NCBI GenBank assembly: GCA_964016885.1
Contig: OZ024757.1
Location: 13,640,001 to 13,704,000 of the forward strand
DNA length: 64,000 bases
Source: Eledone cirrhosa
Lineage: Eukaryota
Direction of reading: 5' to 3'
Positions 1 through 12,589 of the stretch are shown in pieces (positions within the stretch are counted from its first letter, which is position 1; each line of letters starts with the position of its first letter). The position numbers and the translations under genes were made by a program. The notes beneath the pieces are model-generated. The model worked only from the letters and a program-made list of their open reading frames with translations, was not told the origin of the DNA and made no database searches.

Positions 1-99
1 ACATATACGTACACACTGTTCATATACATGTTGATTCACAGACATCAAAAATACCCCACCCCACCCCCCAACACCTACCCTATCAACATCCCCACCACC

Positions 100-1162
100 A
101 CTCACTCAACCGACACCACCACCCCACCATCACAACCATCCTCACCACCACCACCATATCACCACCATCACAACCATCCTCACTGCAACCACCACCACCA
201 TCACAACCATCCTATGAACACCACCCACCACCATCACAACCATCCTCATCACCACCACCACCATCACAACCATCCTCACCCCCCCCCCCCCACCATCACA
301 ACCATAATCACCACCACCACCCTATGAACACCACCCACCACCACCACCACCACCATCACAACCATCCTCACCACCACCACCACCCTATGAACACCACCCA
401 CCACCATTACAACCATCCTCACCACCACCACCACCCTATGAACACCACCCACCACCACATCACCACCACCACCACCACCATCACAACCATCCTCACCACC
501 ACCACCCTATGAACACCACCCACCACCACCACCCTATGAACACCACCCACCACCACCACCACCACCATCATCCTCACCACCACCACCACCATCACAACCA
601 TCCTCACCACCACCATATCACCACCACCACCACCACCATCCTCACCACCACCACCATCACCACAAGATTTGTTCAAGAAATTTCATGTAAAAACAATAAA
701 GACCTTATTTTCTATTCTTCCCATGAGGTTTAGAAGGTAACACAATACCACAGATAACACTGATATTGGTAGCTTCTGATTGAGGAACAAGGCCAGAAAT
801 TTGGGAGAAGAATGCTTGCTGTCTTTTATTGTCACTTCCATATCTACATACTGAAGTGTCATATAGCCTCCACCACCACCACCACCACCATCATCACAAC
901 CACCACCACACCACCACCACCACCACCACCACCACCACCACCACTACTACTATCACAACCACCACTACTACCACCACCATCACCACCACCACCACCATCA
1001 CAACCACCACCACCACCACTACTACTATCACAACCACCACCATCACCACTACTACTATCACAACCACCACCACACCACCACCACCACCACCACAACCACC
1101 ACACCACCACCACAACCACCACCACAACCACCACCACCACCTCCACCACCATCACCACCACC
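100..1162. repeat. (ACC)n-rich low-complexity tracts with a recurring 'accaccctatgaac' unit
   Basis: Visible ACC/CAC repeats at 100-662 and 870-1162; the His/Thr/Pro ORFs here are artefacts. Confidence 0.9.
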
Positions 1163-1515
1163 ATGCCTTGGGATGAGAAGGGACAAGGGGCTCCACACTG
1201 TCTTTCTTAGTGCAGGGCGTGTTTGTGAGTGTGTGCAAGCATGTTTGGGTATGTGTATGTGTATGTTTTGTGCCATTAGTCTATGTTTATATGTGTGTGT
1301 AGTGCAGGGTGTCTGTGTTTTTGTGTGTGCAAGCATGCTTGTGTAGGTGTGAGTGTGTGGTGTGGTGAGGTGTGGTGTGTATATATGCATGTGTGTATGT
1401 TTTGTCTGCAGTCTATGTATGTGTGTGTATGTGCGTGCGAGCTTCTGCATGTGCGTGTATGTTTTCTTTCAGTAGCCAGCGTGTGCATGTGTGTATGCGT
1501 ATATATATATGTGTG

Positions 1516-1575
<60 letters not shown>

Positions 1576-1937
1576 TGTATGTATGAGTGTATGTTTTCTT
1601 TCAGTAGTATGTGTGCATATATATGTATATGTGTTTGTATGTATATCTATATATATATGTGTATATGTATGTGTTTAAGTATATCTGTATGTATGTATGT
1701 ATATCTATATGTGTATATGTATGTGTTTAAGTATATCTATATGTGTATATGTATATATATATATGTATATATGCATATATCTTCTGTCATCAGTCTATCA
1801 GAGATGCAGATCATTATAGAGTGTAATAGATAAGAACAAGCATAGTTTTCACCATGGAACAAACTCCCAGGGTCTCATGTAACAATCTCTGCAGACATAG
1901 TAAAACACGGTTACCTCCCCCTTGCCACACCTTTCTT

Positions 1938-1982
<45 letters not shown>

Positions 1983-2381
1983 ATGTCCACTTTACCACAC
2001 TTTACACCACATGTGTTTACTCAATCATGAATTACAGTTGTAGACCGTTTTGTATTATTGTAGTGTGTTTGTGTGCATATGTACATGCTTGTGTGTATGT
2101 GTGTGAGAGAGTACATGCATGCATGCTTGTGGGTGTGCTTGTTTGTGTGCATGTGTGTATGCTTGTGTGTTATGTGTATGTATGTGAACTTGTGTGCACA
2201 ATGATTAGCTTGAATGTCTGCTCATGAGTAAATCTCTCTCTCATCCCATCTCTCTCTCTTTTTCACTTACTTTCACCCTCTCTCCATCAACATGTCCACA
2301 CTGCCACACTGTACACCACATAAGTCCCCATTGCATTGTGAATTACAGGTACAGCCCCATCTTGTATTATATTAGTAGTAA

Positions 2382-2600
2382 AGGGCCGTGGATTAGCAAT
2401 ATCAGTAGCACGTCAGACCACATGCTTTGTGGCATAGAGTTACACGGCCCTTTATGTTCTGAGTTCAAACACTGCTGAAGTTAGCTTTGCCTTTCATCCT
2501 TATGGGGGTCGATAAAATAAAGTAACACACTGGGATTGATTTAATCGACTTCCCCTCCCCCAAAATTGCTGGCCTTGTGCCTAAATCAGAAACCATTATC
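2382..2600 (+). mobile_element. tRNA-derived SINE family S1 copy
   Basis: gggccgtggattagcaatatcag head, B-box gagttcaaac, core gcctttcatccttatgggggtcgataaaataaagta, tail ggccttgtgcctaaatcagaaac; many homologous copies in window. Confidence 0.85.
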
Positions 2601-3039
2601 AAGATGGTATTTGTAAGTCAACATAACAAAAGTTCTTATATAAAATTATGTTGGAAAACTTGTATTTCAATGGGTAGTTTTGTTTCATAAAACCCAAGGA
2701 AGATTTGAGCAGGTTGGTATCAAAGGGGCTAAGGAAATTTTCAGGTAGAATCAACAGAGAACAATATGTGTGACTAGACAGGACATTACATGTATTATAT
2801 TGTATTATATTGTAAGTGGCTATTGTATTATATTGTAAGAGTATTCCACAGATATCTGCATCTTAACACAATCCAAATATGTCCAATCTGATTCACTGAC
2901 AATGGGATGGAACAGAAGACCTCATGATTGTATATCCAACTAATATATATTTGAATCCTACATAACTATACACAAACAAGCAAACAATATCCACACAGAC
3001 ACTCAAATTACATACACAGCTACACACACACAAACATAT

Positions 3040-3207
3040 ACCATATTTCCCAGCACTGAAGACACCTCATCCTCGAGGACGCACCCTAATTTTGACAACC
3101 AAAAATAAATTAAAAAAATAACAACCTTCGGCCTCCAGGACTCATGGTGATTTTTTTAGGCTTATTTTAGGAAAAAAGTAGCGTCTTCAAGGCCGGGCAA
3201 ATTATGA
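3040..3207. mobile_element. degenerate Tc1/pogo-type MITE
   Basis: Ends taccatatttcccagc...gccgggcaaattatg resemble TACCGTATTT-type TIRs; a related relic lies at about 42650-42990. Confidence 0.45.
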
Positions 3208-5038
3208 TCAGTGATATTGTCGGGGAGAAGTGTGTCCTAAATGATGATGGCGTACTTGCCATCACTGACGCTGATAAGAAGGTAGCTTGGAAGTGTCCCT
3301 ACGAAAGGGTACTAAATGAGGAGAATAATTGGGAGAAAGACAGTCTCCCCCACATTGACCCAATAGAGAGACCAGCAGTGCTAGTTGAAGGTAGTATAAT
3401 AAGTAAGGCGATCAAAGACATGAAGACGGGCAAGGCGGCCGGGCCTTCGGAAATAGTTGCCGAAATGCTGAAAGCATCTGGAACGGTGGGACACACTATG
3501 GTCACCCGGATACTAAACCAAGTCATACAGAATGGGGTCGTTCCGAAAGACTGGTGCAGCAGCATCATCATTAACTGCTACAAGGGTAAAGGTGATGCCC
3601 TAGATAGGGGAAACTATAGAGGCATTAAATTAATCGACCAGGTCATGAAGGTCACAGAAAAAGTAATAGCGCAACTAATCAGAGAGCGAATTGATCTAGA
3701 TGAAATGCAGTTCGGGTTTGTGTCAGGAAAAAGTACAACAGACGCTCTTTTCATTGTACGACAACTACAGGAGAAGTACCTAGCTAAAAGTAAACCCCTA
3801 TACTTAGCTTTTGTCGACTTGGAGAAAGCCTTCGACAGAGTCCCCCGTTCCATTATCTGGTGGGCCCTTAGAAAACTAGGTGTTGATGTTTGGCTTGTGA
3901 GAGCTATACAAGCCATGTATAAAAAAACAGTCAGCAAGGTTAGAATTAACAACGAATATAGTGAAGAGTTTAGCGTAAAAGTTGGTGTTCATCAGGGCTC
4001 CGTCCTTAGCCCCCTACTATTTATTATTGCCCTTCAGGCTATAACAGAGGAGTTCAAGACCGGCTGCCCATGGGAACTTCTATATGCAGATGATCTAACG
4101 CTCATAGCTGAATCAATGGCTGAACTAGAAAAGAAATTCCAAACATCGAAGCATGGCCTAGAATCAAAAGGCCTTAAAGTTAACTTGTCTAAGACTAAAG
4201 TTCTAGTTTGTAGGATGGAAAATAGGGCACCGGTCCCATCTGGGAAATGGCCATGCTCAGTGTGTAGGAAAGGAGTAGGTAGAAACTCCATTTTATGTCC
4301 CAAATGCAAAGTATGGGTACATAAAAGATGTAGTGGGATCACAGGTAAGCTAACTAAGAATATAGATTTTATATGTGGCCGGTGCTCTGGTGCAATAAGT
4401 AGCAGCAAGTGCCCACAGAATACTAACTCATTCCATTGTACATATGGTTCTATAGAAATAGTGAACAGCTTCCGTTACCTGGGTGATAAAATCAGCAGTG
4501 GGGGAGGGTGCTCTGAAAGTACAGTAGCTAGAGTCAGAACGGGATGGAAAAAATTCAGAGAGCTTATACCACTATTGGCCGCTAAAGGGTTCTCTCTAAA
4601 AATGAAAGGCAGGCTGTATGATGCCTGCATACGAACAGCAATGTTACATGGCAGTGAGACCTGGGCATTGTGTGCAGAGGATATACGCAGACTGGAGAGA
4701 AACGAAGCTTGCATGCTCCGCTGGATGTGTAATAGTAATATACGTGAACGGCAAAGCATAAACGAACTAAGGGAGAAATTAGAAATAAGAGGGATCAGAT
4801 GTTGTTTACTCGAGAGAAGACTACGTTGGTATGGTCACGTGATGCACATGAAAGATGACAGCTGTATAAAAAAGTGCAGGGCAAAAAAATAGACGGTAGC
4901 CACGGAGTAGGCAGACCCAGAAAAACCTGGGACGACTTGATAAATTCCGACCTCACACACTTACACCTCTCCAAGACAATGTCACTGGACCGAGATCTTT
5001 GGAGCTACACAGTAATAGAGAAGACCCGCCTTACCTAA
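3204..5038 (+). pseudogene. RTE-clade reverse transcriptase ORF, 5'-truncated, frameshift near 4885; contains PHD-type zinc finger
   Basis: Motifs GKAAGPSEI, NYRGIKL, QFGF, AFVDLEKAFDRV, GVHQGSVLSP, LYADD, RLRWYGHV. Copy 2 shows the ORF should continue through GRPRKTW to the taa at 5036-5038. Confidence 0.93.
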
Positions 5039-5772
5039 GTACAAAGTGAAACCTACTACAGTCAGTAGGCACCTCTAACAAAATACACCCCCATCCCACT
5101 ACCCCCACCCCATCCACACCACCCCTTTCAATGTAAAGTTATGTTGGTGTCACAACATCCAGCCCGAAACAAATGAGGTCGTGTAGGTGTCACGACAAAA
5201 AAACACACAGTCCACGCTCTAATGTGGCCGTGTAGGTAACACGGTAAAAAACCCCCAGTTCCACACTGTAAATGTGGTTGGTGTTAGGAAGGGCATACAG
5301 CTGTAGAAAACCAGCCAGACAGTCCACGCTGTAATGTGGCCGTGTAGGTAACACGGTAAAAACCCCCCAGTTCCACACTGTAAATGTGGTTGGTGTTAGG
5401 AAAGGCATCCAGCTGTAGAAAACCAGCCAGACAGTCCACGCTGTAATGTGGCCGTGTAGGTAACACGGTAAAAACCTCCCAGTTCCACACTGTAAATGTG
5501 GTTGGTGTTAGGAAGGGCATCCAGCTGTAGAAAACCACCCAGACAGTCCACGCTGTAATGTGGCCGTGTAGGTAACACGATAAAAACCTCCCAGTCCCAC
5601 ACTGTAAATATGGTTGGTGTTAGGAAGGGCATCCAGCCGTAGAAAACCAGCCAGACAGTCCTATGCGAGCAAGACAACCACTCTTGCCTCAAGTGGGAAA
5701 ACTCCCGTCCAAACCCATGCAAGCGTGGAATATGGACGTTAAACGATGATGATGATGATGATGATGATGATG
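3208..5772 (+). mobile_element. 5'-truncated RTE-clade LINE, copy 1 (ORF, 3' UTR, (GAT)n tail)
   Basis: RT ORF, then a 3' UTR ending ggacgttaaac(gat)n followed by (TA)n; closely similar to the copy at 30062-31183. Confidence 0.92.
5207..5654 (+). repeat. 4 x 112-bp tandem duplication inside the LINE 3' UTR
   Basis: acagtccacg recurs at about 5207, 5319, 5431 and 5543; copy 2 has a single unit. Confidence 0.9.
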
Positions 5773-5799
5773 TATATATATATATATTTACATATCTTA

Positions 5800-5890
5800 T
5801 AGAAATAACTTCTGCATGACTAGAACTGTTTCATCCATATGATGACTTCATATGAATGAAACAGTTCTAGTCCTATAGAAATAATTTCTA
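5800..5890. mobile_element. short fold-back relic of hammerhead element family C
   Basis: gactagaactgtttcatccatatga-loop-tcatatgaatgaaacagttctagtc; homologous to 12260-12312 and 41950-42050. Confidence 0.65.
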
Positions 5891-6191
5891 TGTAGAATAA
5901 AGATGTCTTTACTCAACCAATGTATTGGGAGCCTTTTTCAAAAGTGGTAACCCCCTGCTTGGGAACTACATATACATGTATATATATACATACATGTATA
6001 TACATCCATACAACTAAATATACAACATACAAGCACATACATACACCTTTAAATACATATACAATTACACCACTCCCACCCACCACCACCCCACACATAC
6101 ATGTACCTCTACATACTTATATACACCTGCCAGATTGAAATTCCACCAGCTGGGCTGAGCTAGGGTCCTGAACTATATTGAATAGAGCCCC

Positions 6192-7160
6192 ATACACACA
6201 GATAGACAGATATACCTACAGGGACACAAACACATGAAAGATATAACTACACATACACACCAACATAGACACACACACACACACACTGACAAATATACCT
6301 AGACACACACACACACACACACAGATAGACAGATATACCTACAGGGACACAAACACATGAAAGATATAACTACACATACACACCAACATAGACACACACA
6401 CACACACACACTGACAAATATACCTACAGACACACACACACTGAAAGATATACTTACAGAGACACAAACACATGAAAGATACAACTACACATACATACCA
6501 ACACACACACACACACTGACAAATATACCTACAGAGACACACACACACACTGACAGATATACTTACAGAGACACAAACACATGAAAGATATAACTACACA
6601 TACATACCAACATACACACACACTGACAAATATACCTACAGAGACACACTCACACACACACACTGACAGATATAGTTACAGAGACACAAACACATACATA
6701 CCAACATACACACACACTGACAAATATACCTACAGAGACACACACACACACACTGACACACACACACACACAGATAGACAGATATACTTACAGAGACACA
6801 AACACATGAAAGATATAACTACATATACATACCAACACACACACACACACACACACTGACAAATATACCTACAGACACACTCACACACACACACACACAC
6901 ACACACACTGACAGATATACTTACAGAGACACAAACACATGAAAGATATAACTACACATACATACCAACATACACACACACACACACTGACAAATATACC
7001 TACAGAGACACACACACACACTGACAGATATACTTACAGAGACACAAACACATGAAAGATATAACTACACATACATACCAACATACACACACACTGACAA
7101 ATATACCTACAGAGACACACACACACACATACTGACAGATATACTTACAGAGACACAAAC
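6192..7160. repeat. CA-rich compound minisatellite
   Basis: Recurring acagatatacttacagagacacaaacacatgaaagatataactacac with (CA)n spacers. Confidence 0.9.
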
Positions 7161-7982
7161 ACACACACATACATACAAATACCTACGGATACACATAGTG
7201 AGACATTCCACTGGTTGCTTATAACAGAACTTGGGATCCTGAACTATTCTCAATACATACATAGAAGAGACCACCACTACTACTACTACTACCACCACCA
7301 CCACTATCACTACCACTACAGTCATCAAGATCACCACTGCTACCACAATCACCAACATACCACCACTACTACTACTACCACTACTACTACTACTACTACC
7401 ACCACCACCACCACTACCACAACCATCACTACTACTACCACCACCACCACCACTGCTACCACAATCATCAACATACCACCACCACCTACACTACTATTAC
7501 TACTACTACTACTATGGACATCACCACTACCACAACCACCATTACTACAATCATCATCACTATCACCACCACCAACACCACAATCACCATCATCATCATC
7601 ATCATCACCACCAAAACTATCATCACCACTACCAAAACCACCACCACCACCACCATCAACACCACCACCACCATCATCAACAACACCACCACCACCACCA
7701 CCACCACCACTCCTCCTTTAATGAGATTCAATTCAGTTATATTGTCAGTATTTGAATGAGTGGTGAGAGAGGCAGGGAGAGGGAGAGGGAGAGACTGACA
7801 GTGAGGGAGAGAGGGAGGGGAGGGGAGAGTGGGGTTCAGTTTACATGTGGGTCCCTCATTAACATTAACATAGAAAGGAAGATAAAGGAGGGAGAAAGAG
7901 GAGAGGGAGTGCAGGAGGAAGTGGAGGGCAGTAGAGGAATAGAGAGAGAGATAGGGAAAGAGAGAGAGAGAAAGGCACAGAC

Positions 7983-8013
<31 letters not shown>

Positions 8014-8831
8014 CAGGCAGAAAGAGAGAGAGAAAGGCACAGAGACACAGAAATGATAGAGAGACAGGGGGAGAGAACGACAGAGACACAGAGAGAGAGA
8101 AACAGAAAGAGAGAGACATAAATACAGAGAGAGAGAAAGACAGAGAGAAAGAGAGAGTGAGATACACAGACAGATATATATATATTTACTCCTCCCTCCG
8201 TACACCCACCCTAGGCCCCCACATGACATAGGTGAATGAGGAACTTTAGAAAATAATTGAAGCAAAAAAGGACACAGTTGCATGACCTTACCTTGAGCAG
8301 GGAAGGGGGGTACGGGGGGGGGGGGTAACACTGAGAGATGGTGGGGGGTAGTAGAAAGGGAGGGGTTATTGAGTAGGGGAAGAGCCAGGAGAGCAATTCC
8401 CATACTCCACCACTACTCCCACCACATGGGAGGATCAATACCTTCCTACTGACCAATGCTACAGGTGAATTATTGGACAACAAAGGGATGGGGGGACAGG
8501 TAAATTACTGGACAAGAAAGGGACATGGACAACAAAGAGGGGAAAGGGGTGCAAGTTGTTTGGTGTCCCCTGAGTAAAGTGTGGTGGTGGTAGTGGTAGA
8601 GGTGAGGAAACCCTTTTAACCTGCTGTGTCACCAACATCACTACCACCACTGAAACTACCAACTGTTTGTAAACCTTGTTTATATATACACCCACACAAA
8701 CACAAATCTACATACATGCATACACACATACATATTCGTGCATACATATCTACATACATACATACACATATATATATATATACATGAGAATGTTTCACAG
8801 ACAATTGGATTGCCACCTCTTATTGATTCTT

Positions 8832-8865
<34 letters not shown>

Positions 8866-8949
8866 TATACACACATCATGACCTGTCCAACCCTTGTTAT
8901 CAAAGAAAGTAATCTTAAATGTTAATGAGACACATTATATGGCAGTATA

Positions 8950-9325
8950 GGGCGGTGGATTGGCAGTATTGGTAGAGGGTTGGACGCCATGCTTTCCAGC
9001 ATAGTTACGTCCCTTTACGGTCTGAGTTCAAATCCCGCCAGGGTTAACTTTGCCTTTCATCCTTACGGGGGGGGGGGGGGGTCAATAAAATAAAGTACCA
9101 GTAATGTACTGGGTAATTGATGGCCTTGTGCCAAAATTAGAAACAATTATATGGCAGTATCGTTAGAGGGTCGGACGCCATGCTTTGACGCATAGAGTTA
9201 CGGCCCTTGCCATTCTGAGTTCAAATCCCGCCAAGGTTAACTTTCATCCTTGCGGGGTCGATAAAATAAAGTACCAGTAATGCACTGGGTAATTGATGGC
9301 CTTGTGCCAAAATTAGAAACAATTA
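8950..9325 (+). mobile_element. two tandem SINE S1 copies
   Basis: A-box tggcagtattgg, B-box gagttcaaatccc, tails agaaacaatta at about 9150 and 9325. Confidence 0.85.
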
Positions 9326-9659
9326 TATATGCATACAAAAACATACACACAGTATACATATATGTACAAATATACAAACACACATCATACATACATACAT
9401 ATGTATATACACACAACATATATTTATATATTCATACACAATATACATACACACACTCACACATTGAGGATCGGGAGTTGGAGGCACTGTTATCCCTTTA
9501 ATGTTTAATACCAACACTAATAGCCTTCTGTCTGTTTGGTCAATCATGATGTGGACATAGGGTGCTGTTTTGGGTTATTATATACATATATATATATATA
9601 TGTGTTTGTGTGTGTGCTGTATTGTGAGTGTTTGTGATCATATATGTATATATATCCTG

Positions 9660-9871
9660 CCCTACACCAAAACAAGATGGTGTAGGACAGAACAAAGGAG
9701 AGACACAAAATAAAAACCTAGTCACTGAGGAGGTCACAGAATGTGTGACAAAAGAGCTATAAACAACCATCTGGTTATGGATCCAATCAATCAAGAGGAA
9801 ATTTATAATAAATTGAAGTGAAAACCAACAGGTGCATGTGTTTTTATTGGTAGCACAGCCCTCTCAAAGTA

Positions 9872-9876
<5 letters not shown>
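9660..9876 (+). mobile_element. family A hammerhead element, degenerate copy
   Basis: Homologous to 22000-22260; core gtca-CTGAGGA-ggtcacagaatgtgtgac-AAAA is damaged; TA-flanked. Confidence 0.7.
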
Positions 9877-9910
<34 letters not shown>

Positions 9911-10078
9911 TAAAACAGAAAACAAAAACAAAGCGAAAAGTGCAGTACAAAGTGTTAGTATTAGGTTCACGCTTGAGAGTGTGGGGGATATATATAAAAA
10001 TATAAATATATATAAATATATATATATAAATCAGAAAAGAAGAGTGACACAGTTTGTTATACAAAAAAGGTTTTTAAT

Positions 10079-10197
10079 CTCATTGCTGACAATTGTTTCT
10101 CTGAACAGGTAGGTCTAGAGATCGCTACCCGCTTGTTTTCACGTTATTCGATCACCAATACAAAGTTATAACCAGTCAATTCATCGGAGCTTGTGAG
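10079..10197 (-). ncRNA. hammerhead-like ribozyme, C4 core variant, long stem II insert
   Basis: Minus strand: ctcacaagct-CCGATGA-(about 80 nt)-GAAA-caattg-TC-agcaatgag; palindromic stem III ACAATTGT, stem I gct/agc extended by ctca/tgag, GUC site. Confidence 0.55.
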
Positions 10198-10406
10198 AAT
10201 GAAAAGAATATACAGGCATCGCTACTATATATAGTAGTAATGGACAACATAGTAATTTACAACATAGGAATTACAGCATACTCGCAGCATAACTATGGAA
10301 ACGCCTTGTTGAGTCAAACTTAGCCAAGCGTTGATATCATCCACTACTCGGAGTACCATAACTGGACTACACTTAATTGGACTACCTATAACAATAATTT
10401 GTTACC

Positions 10407-10477
<71 letters not shown>

Positions 10478-10612
10478 AAAATACAAGGACGAATGATTAC
10501 TCCATTTATTGGTTGGTGATGCGTGTTTTGCACTGCGTGTTTTACTACAAGGTTAGATCTGTATCGATCTGTCCTGACTCTGGAATCAAAAGCTTGTCGG
10601 ACCCTTGCAGTA

Positions 10613-10668
<56 letters not shown>

Positions 10669-10980
10669 TTCGTTTCTGAATTTGTTTAGCAAGATTCTTT
10701 ATCTGAAAACATGTGTTGAAACCGATATTGTTATACTTTGGGAGGGTCATGTTGCCAATAAGAAACACATACACCAGTTGCTTTCACTTCAATTTATTAT
10801 AAATATAAATTTTATAAATTTCCAGTTGGTTGGTTGGTTGGTTCCACAACTGGATTGTTGTTCATATATTGTGAAGGTTCTTTCGTCACACATTATGTGA
10901 CCTCTTCAGTGACTGGGGATTCTTTTCTTTGTTTTGTGCTTCTCCTTTGTTCTGTCCTACGCCATCTTGTTTTTGTGTGT
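10669..10980 (-). mobile_element. family A hammerhead element copy in (TA)n
   Basis: Homologous to 22000-22325; hammerhead at 10871-10913 is slightly degenerate; TA runs on both sides. Confidence 0.8.
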
Positions 10981-11003
10981 TCTATATATATATATATATA
11001 TAT

Positions 11004-11724
11004 TTAAAGCGACGAAATGCCTACGACGGTTGGAAGGCCACTGATGAAGGACAAACTTTTTCATATGTAACCCATTTGCAACGCCGCAGCTCCATTATTA
11101 TCATATTTACACATATATTTTTTCCTCCACTGCTACCCATCTGTTTCGTTCTTTGTAGCAGTCTCTCTCTCTCTCTGTTAGCCTCTTCCTCACCTTTCAC
11201 TCACTCACTCTCTGTCACTACCTCTCCTCCTCCCCTTTCTTCCCGTTTGACCTGTCCGTAATCCTTTCTCGCGGGCACTTGGCCAAGCCGGTATGAATTT
11301 TTTTTCTCTCTCTCTCTCTCGTCTGCGACTTCACAGAACTTATGTTTACCGAATTCGCAGACCAGACCCCTTCTTCCTCCCGTTAGACCTGTGCGAAATT
11401 CCTTCCTTGCTCACATTTCAACCAGGTTTGATGGTCTTTATTCTCTCGTTCACGATTCCACCGAATTTATATTCATAGAAATCTGGGACTTGTTTCTTTC
11501 TTCTTCATCACTTTCTGTTGCTTAAACCATTTTGTTTGTTTACCCTAGCGTCCCCTTTATTTACGTGTCCCAACGACTTTTTTTAGCCATTGCTCGCACC
11601 AACCTGAGGTATATGGCCTTTAAAGCGACGAAATGCCTACGACGGTTGTAAGGCCACTGATGAAGGACAAACTTTTTCATATGTAACCCATTTGCAACGC
11701 CGCAGCTCCATTATTATCATATTT

Positions 11725-11727
<3 letters not shown>
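11004..11727 (+). mobile_element. TA-flanked non-coding element with about 110-bp terminal direct repeats
   Basis: ttaaagcgacgaaatgcctacgacgg...cactgatgaaggac...tcatatttacaca at 11004-11113 and 11620-11727. Confidence 0.75.
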
Positions 11728-11762
<35 letters not shown>

Positions 11763-11851
11763 CACAAATTTAAATTTTGAAGACCAAAACAATGCATATG
11801 AAGAATGTTAAATTACCAAGATAAAAGAATCTTACCTTAGCAAATTAAACG

Positions 11852-11893
11852 ATCCCAAATATTTTCGGGTTTAAAAACCCATTATCAAGGGAG
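11852..11893 (-). ncRNA. minimal type I hammerhead with U3-A8 compensatory core
   Basis: Minus strand: tccc-TTGATAA-t-gggttt-tt-aaaccc-GAAA-atat-TT-ggga; stem I 4 bp, stem II 6 bp, palindromic stem III AATATT. Confidence 0.7.
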
Positions 11894-12126
11894 TAGCCTC
11901 ATGAGAGACTTAAAAATCGATCGGATAGACTTGCTTGTATAGAAGCAGGTTTAAGTTAAATATATACACACACTATATATTTCCTGATGATGACGTTGAT
12001 GATGATGATATATACACACACACATACACATGATTTTCTCTGATGAAAACAAATTCAGTTAAATGATGATATATATATACACACACGTACAAGTGTATAT
12101 ATATATATATATACACACACGTACAA

Positions 12127-12182
<56 letters not shown>

Positions 12183-12263
12183 GTTATTCCGGGTTGAGTC
12201 GGAGGTAACCACAGTAAGTAAGGTACTCAATACATTGCAGAGTATAAAAGTTTTAATATAGAT

Positions 12264-12312
12264 GAGATTCTACAGGACTAGAAATGTTTCATTCTTTAGA
12301 AATCATCAGGAA

Positions 12313-12316
<4 letters not shown>
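12264..12316 (-). ncRNA. type I hammerhead ribozyme (family C element, 12181-12316)
   Basis: Minus strand: gagattc-CTGATGA-tttctaaagaat-GAAA-ca...tg-TA-gaatctc; 7-bp stem I, GUA site. Confidence 0.75.
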
Positions 12317-12344
<28 letters not shown>

Positions 12345-12353
12345 CACATGCAA

Positions 12354-12444
<91 letters not shown>

Positions 12445-12589
12445 CACATATATATATATAAATACACACACACATACAAATATATATACACACACACATA
12501 CAAATATATAGACACACACACATACAAATAAATGATGATATATATATACACACACATATATATATATATATAAATACATAAATATACAC

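Noticed and set aside
3204-3206. ATG as the true start of the RT gene
   Set aside because: It lies at the edge of a MITE and the endonuclease domain is missing, so the LINE is 5'-truncated
8950-9040. tRNA-like A and B boxes
   Set aside because: SINE heads; no cloverleaf, and they continue into the SINE core
10700-10737. tat-CTGAAAA-catgtgtt-GAAA-ccgatattg-TT-ata in the family A tail as a second, antisense hammerhead
   Set aside because: C3-A8 mismatch and weak stems; not supportable without an alignment
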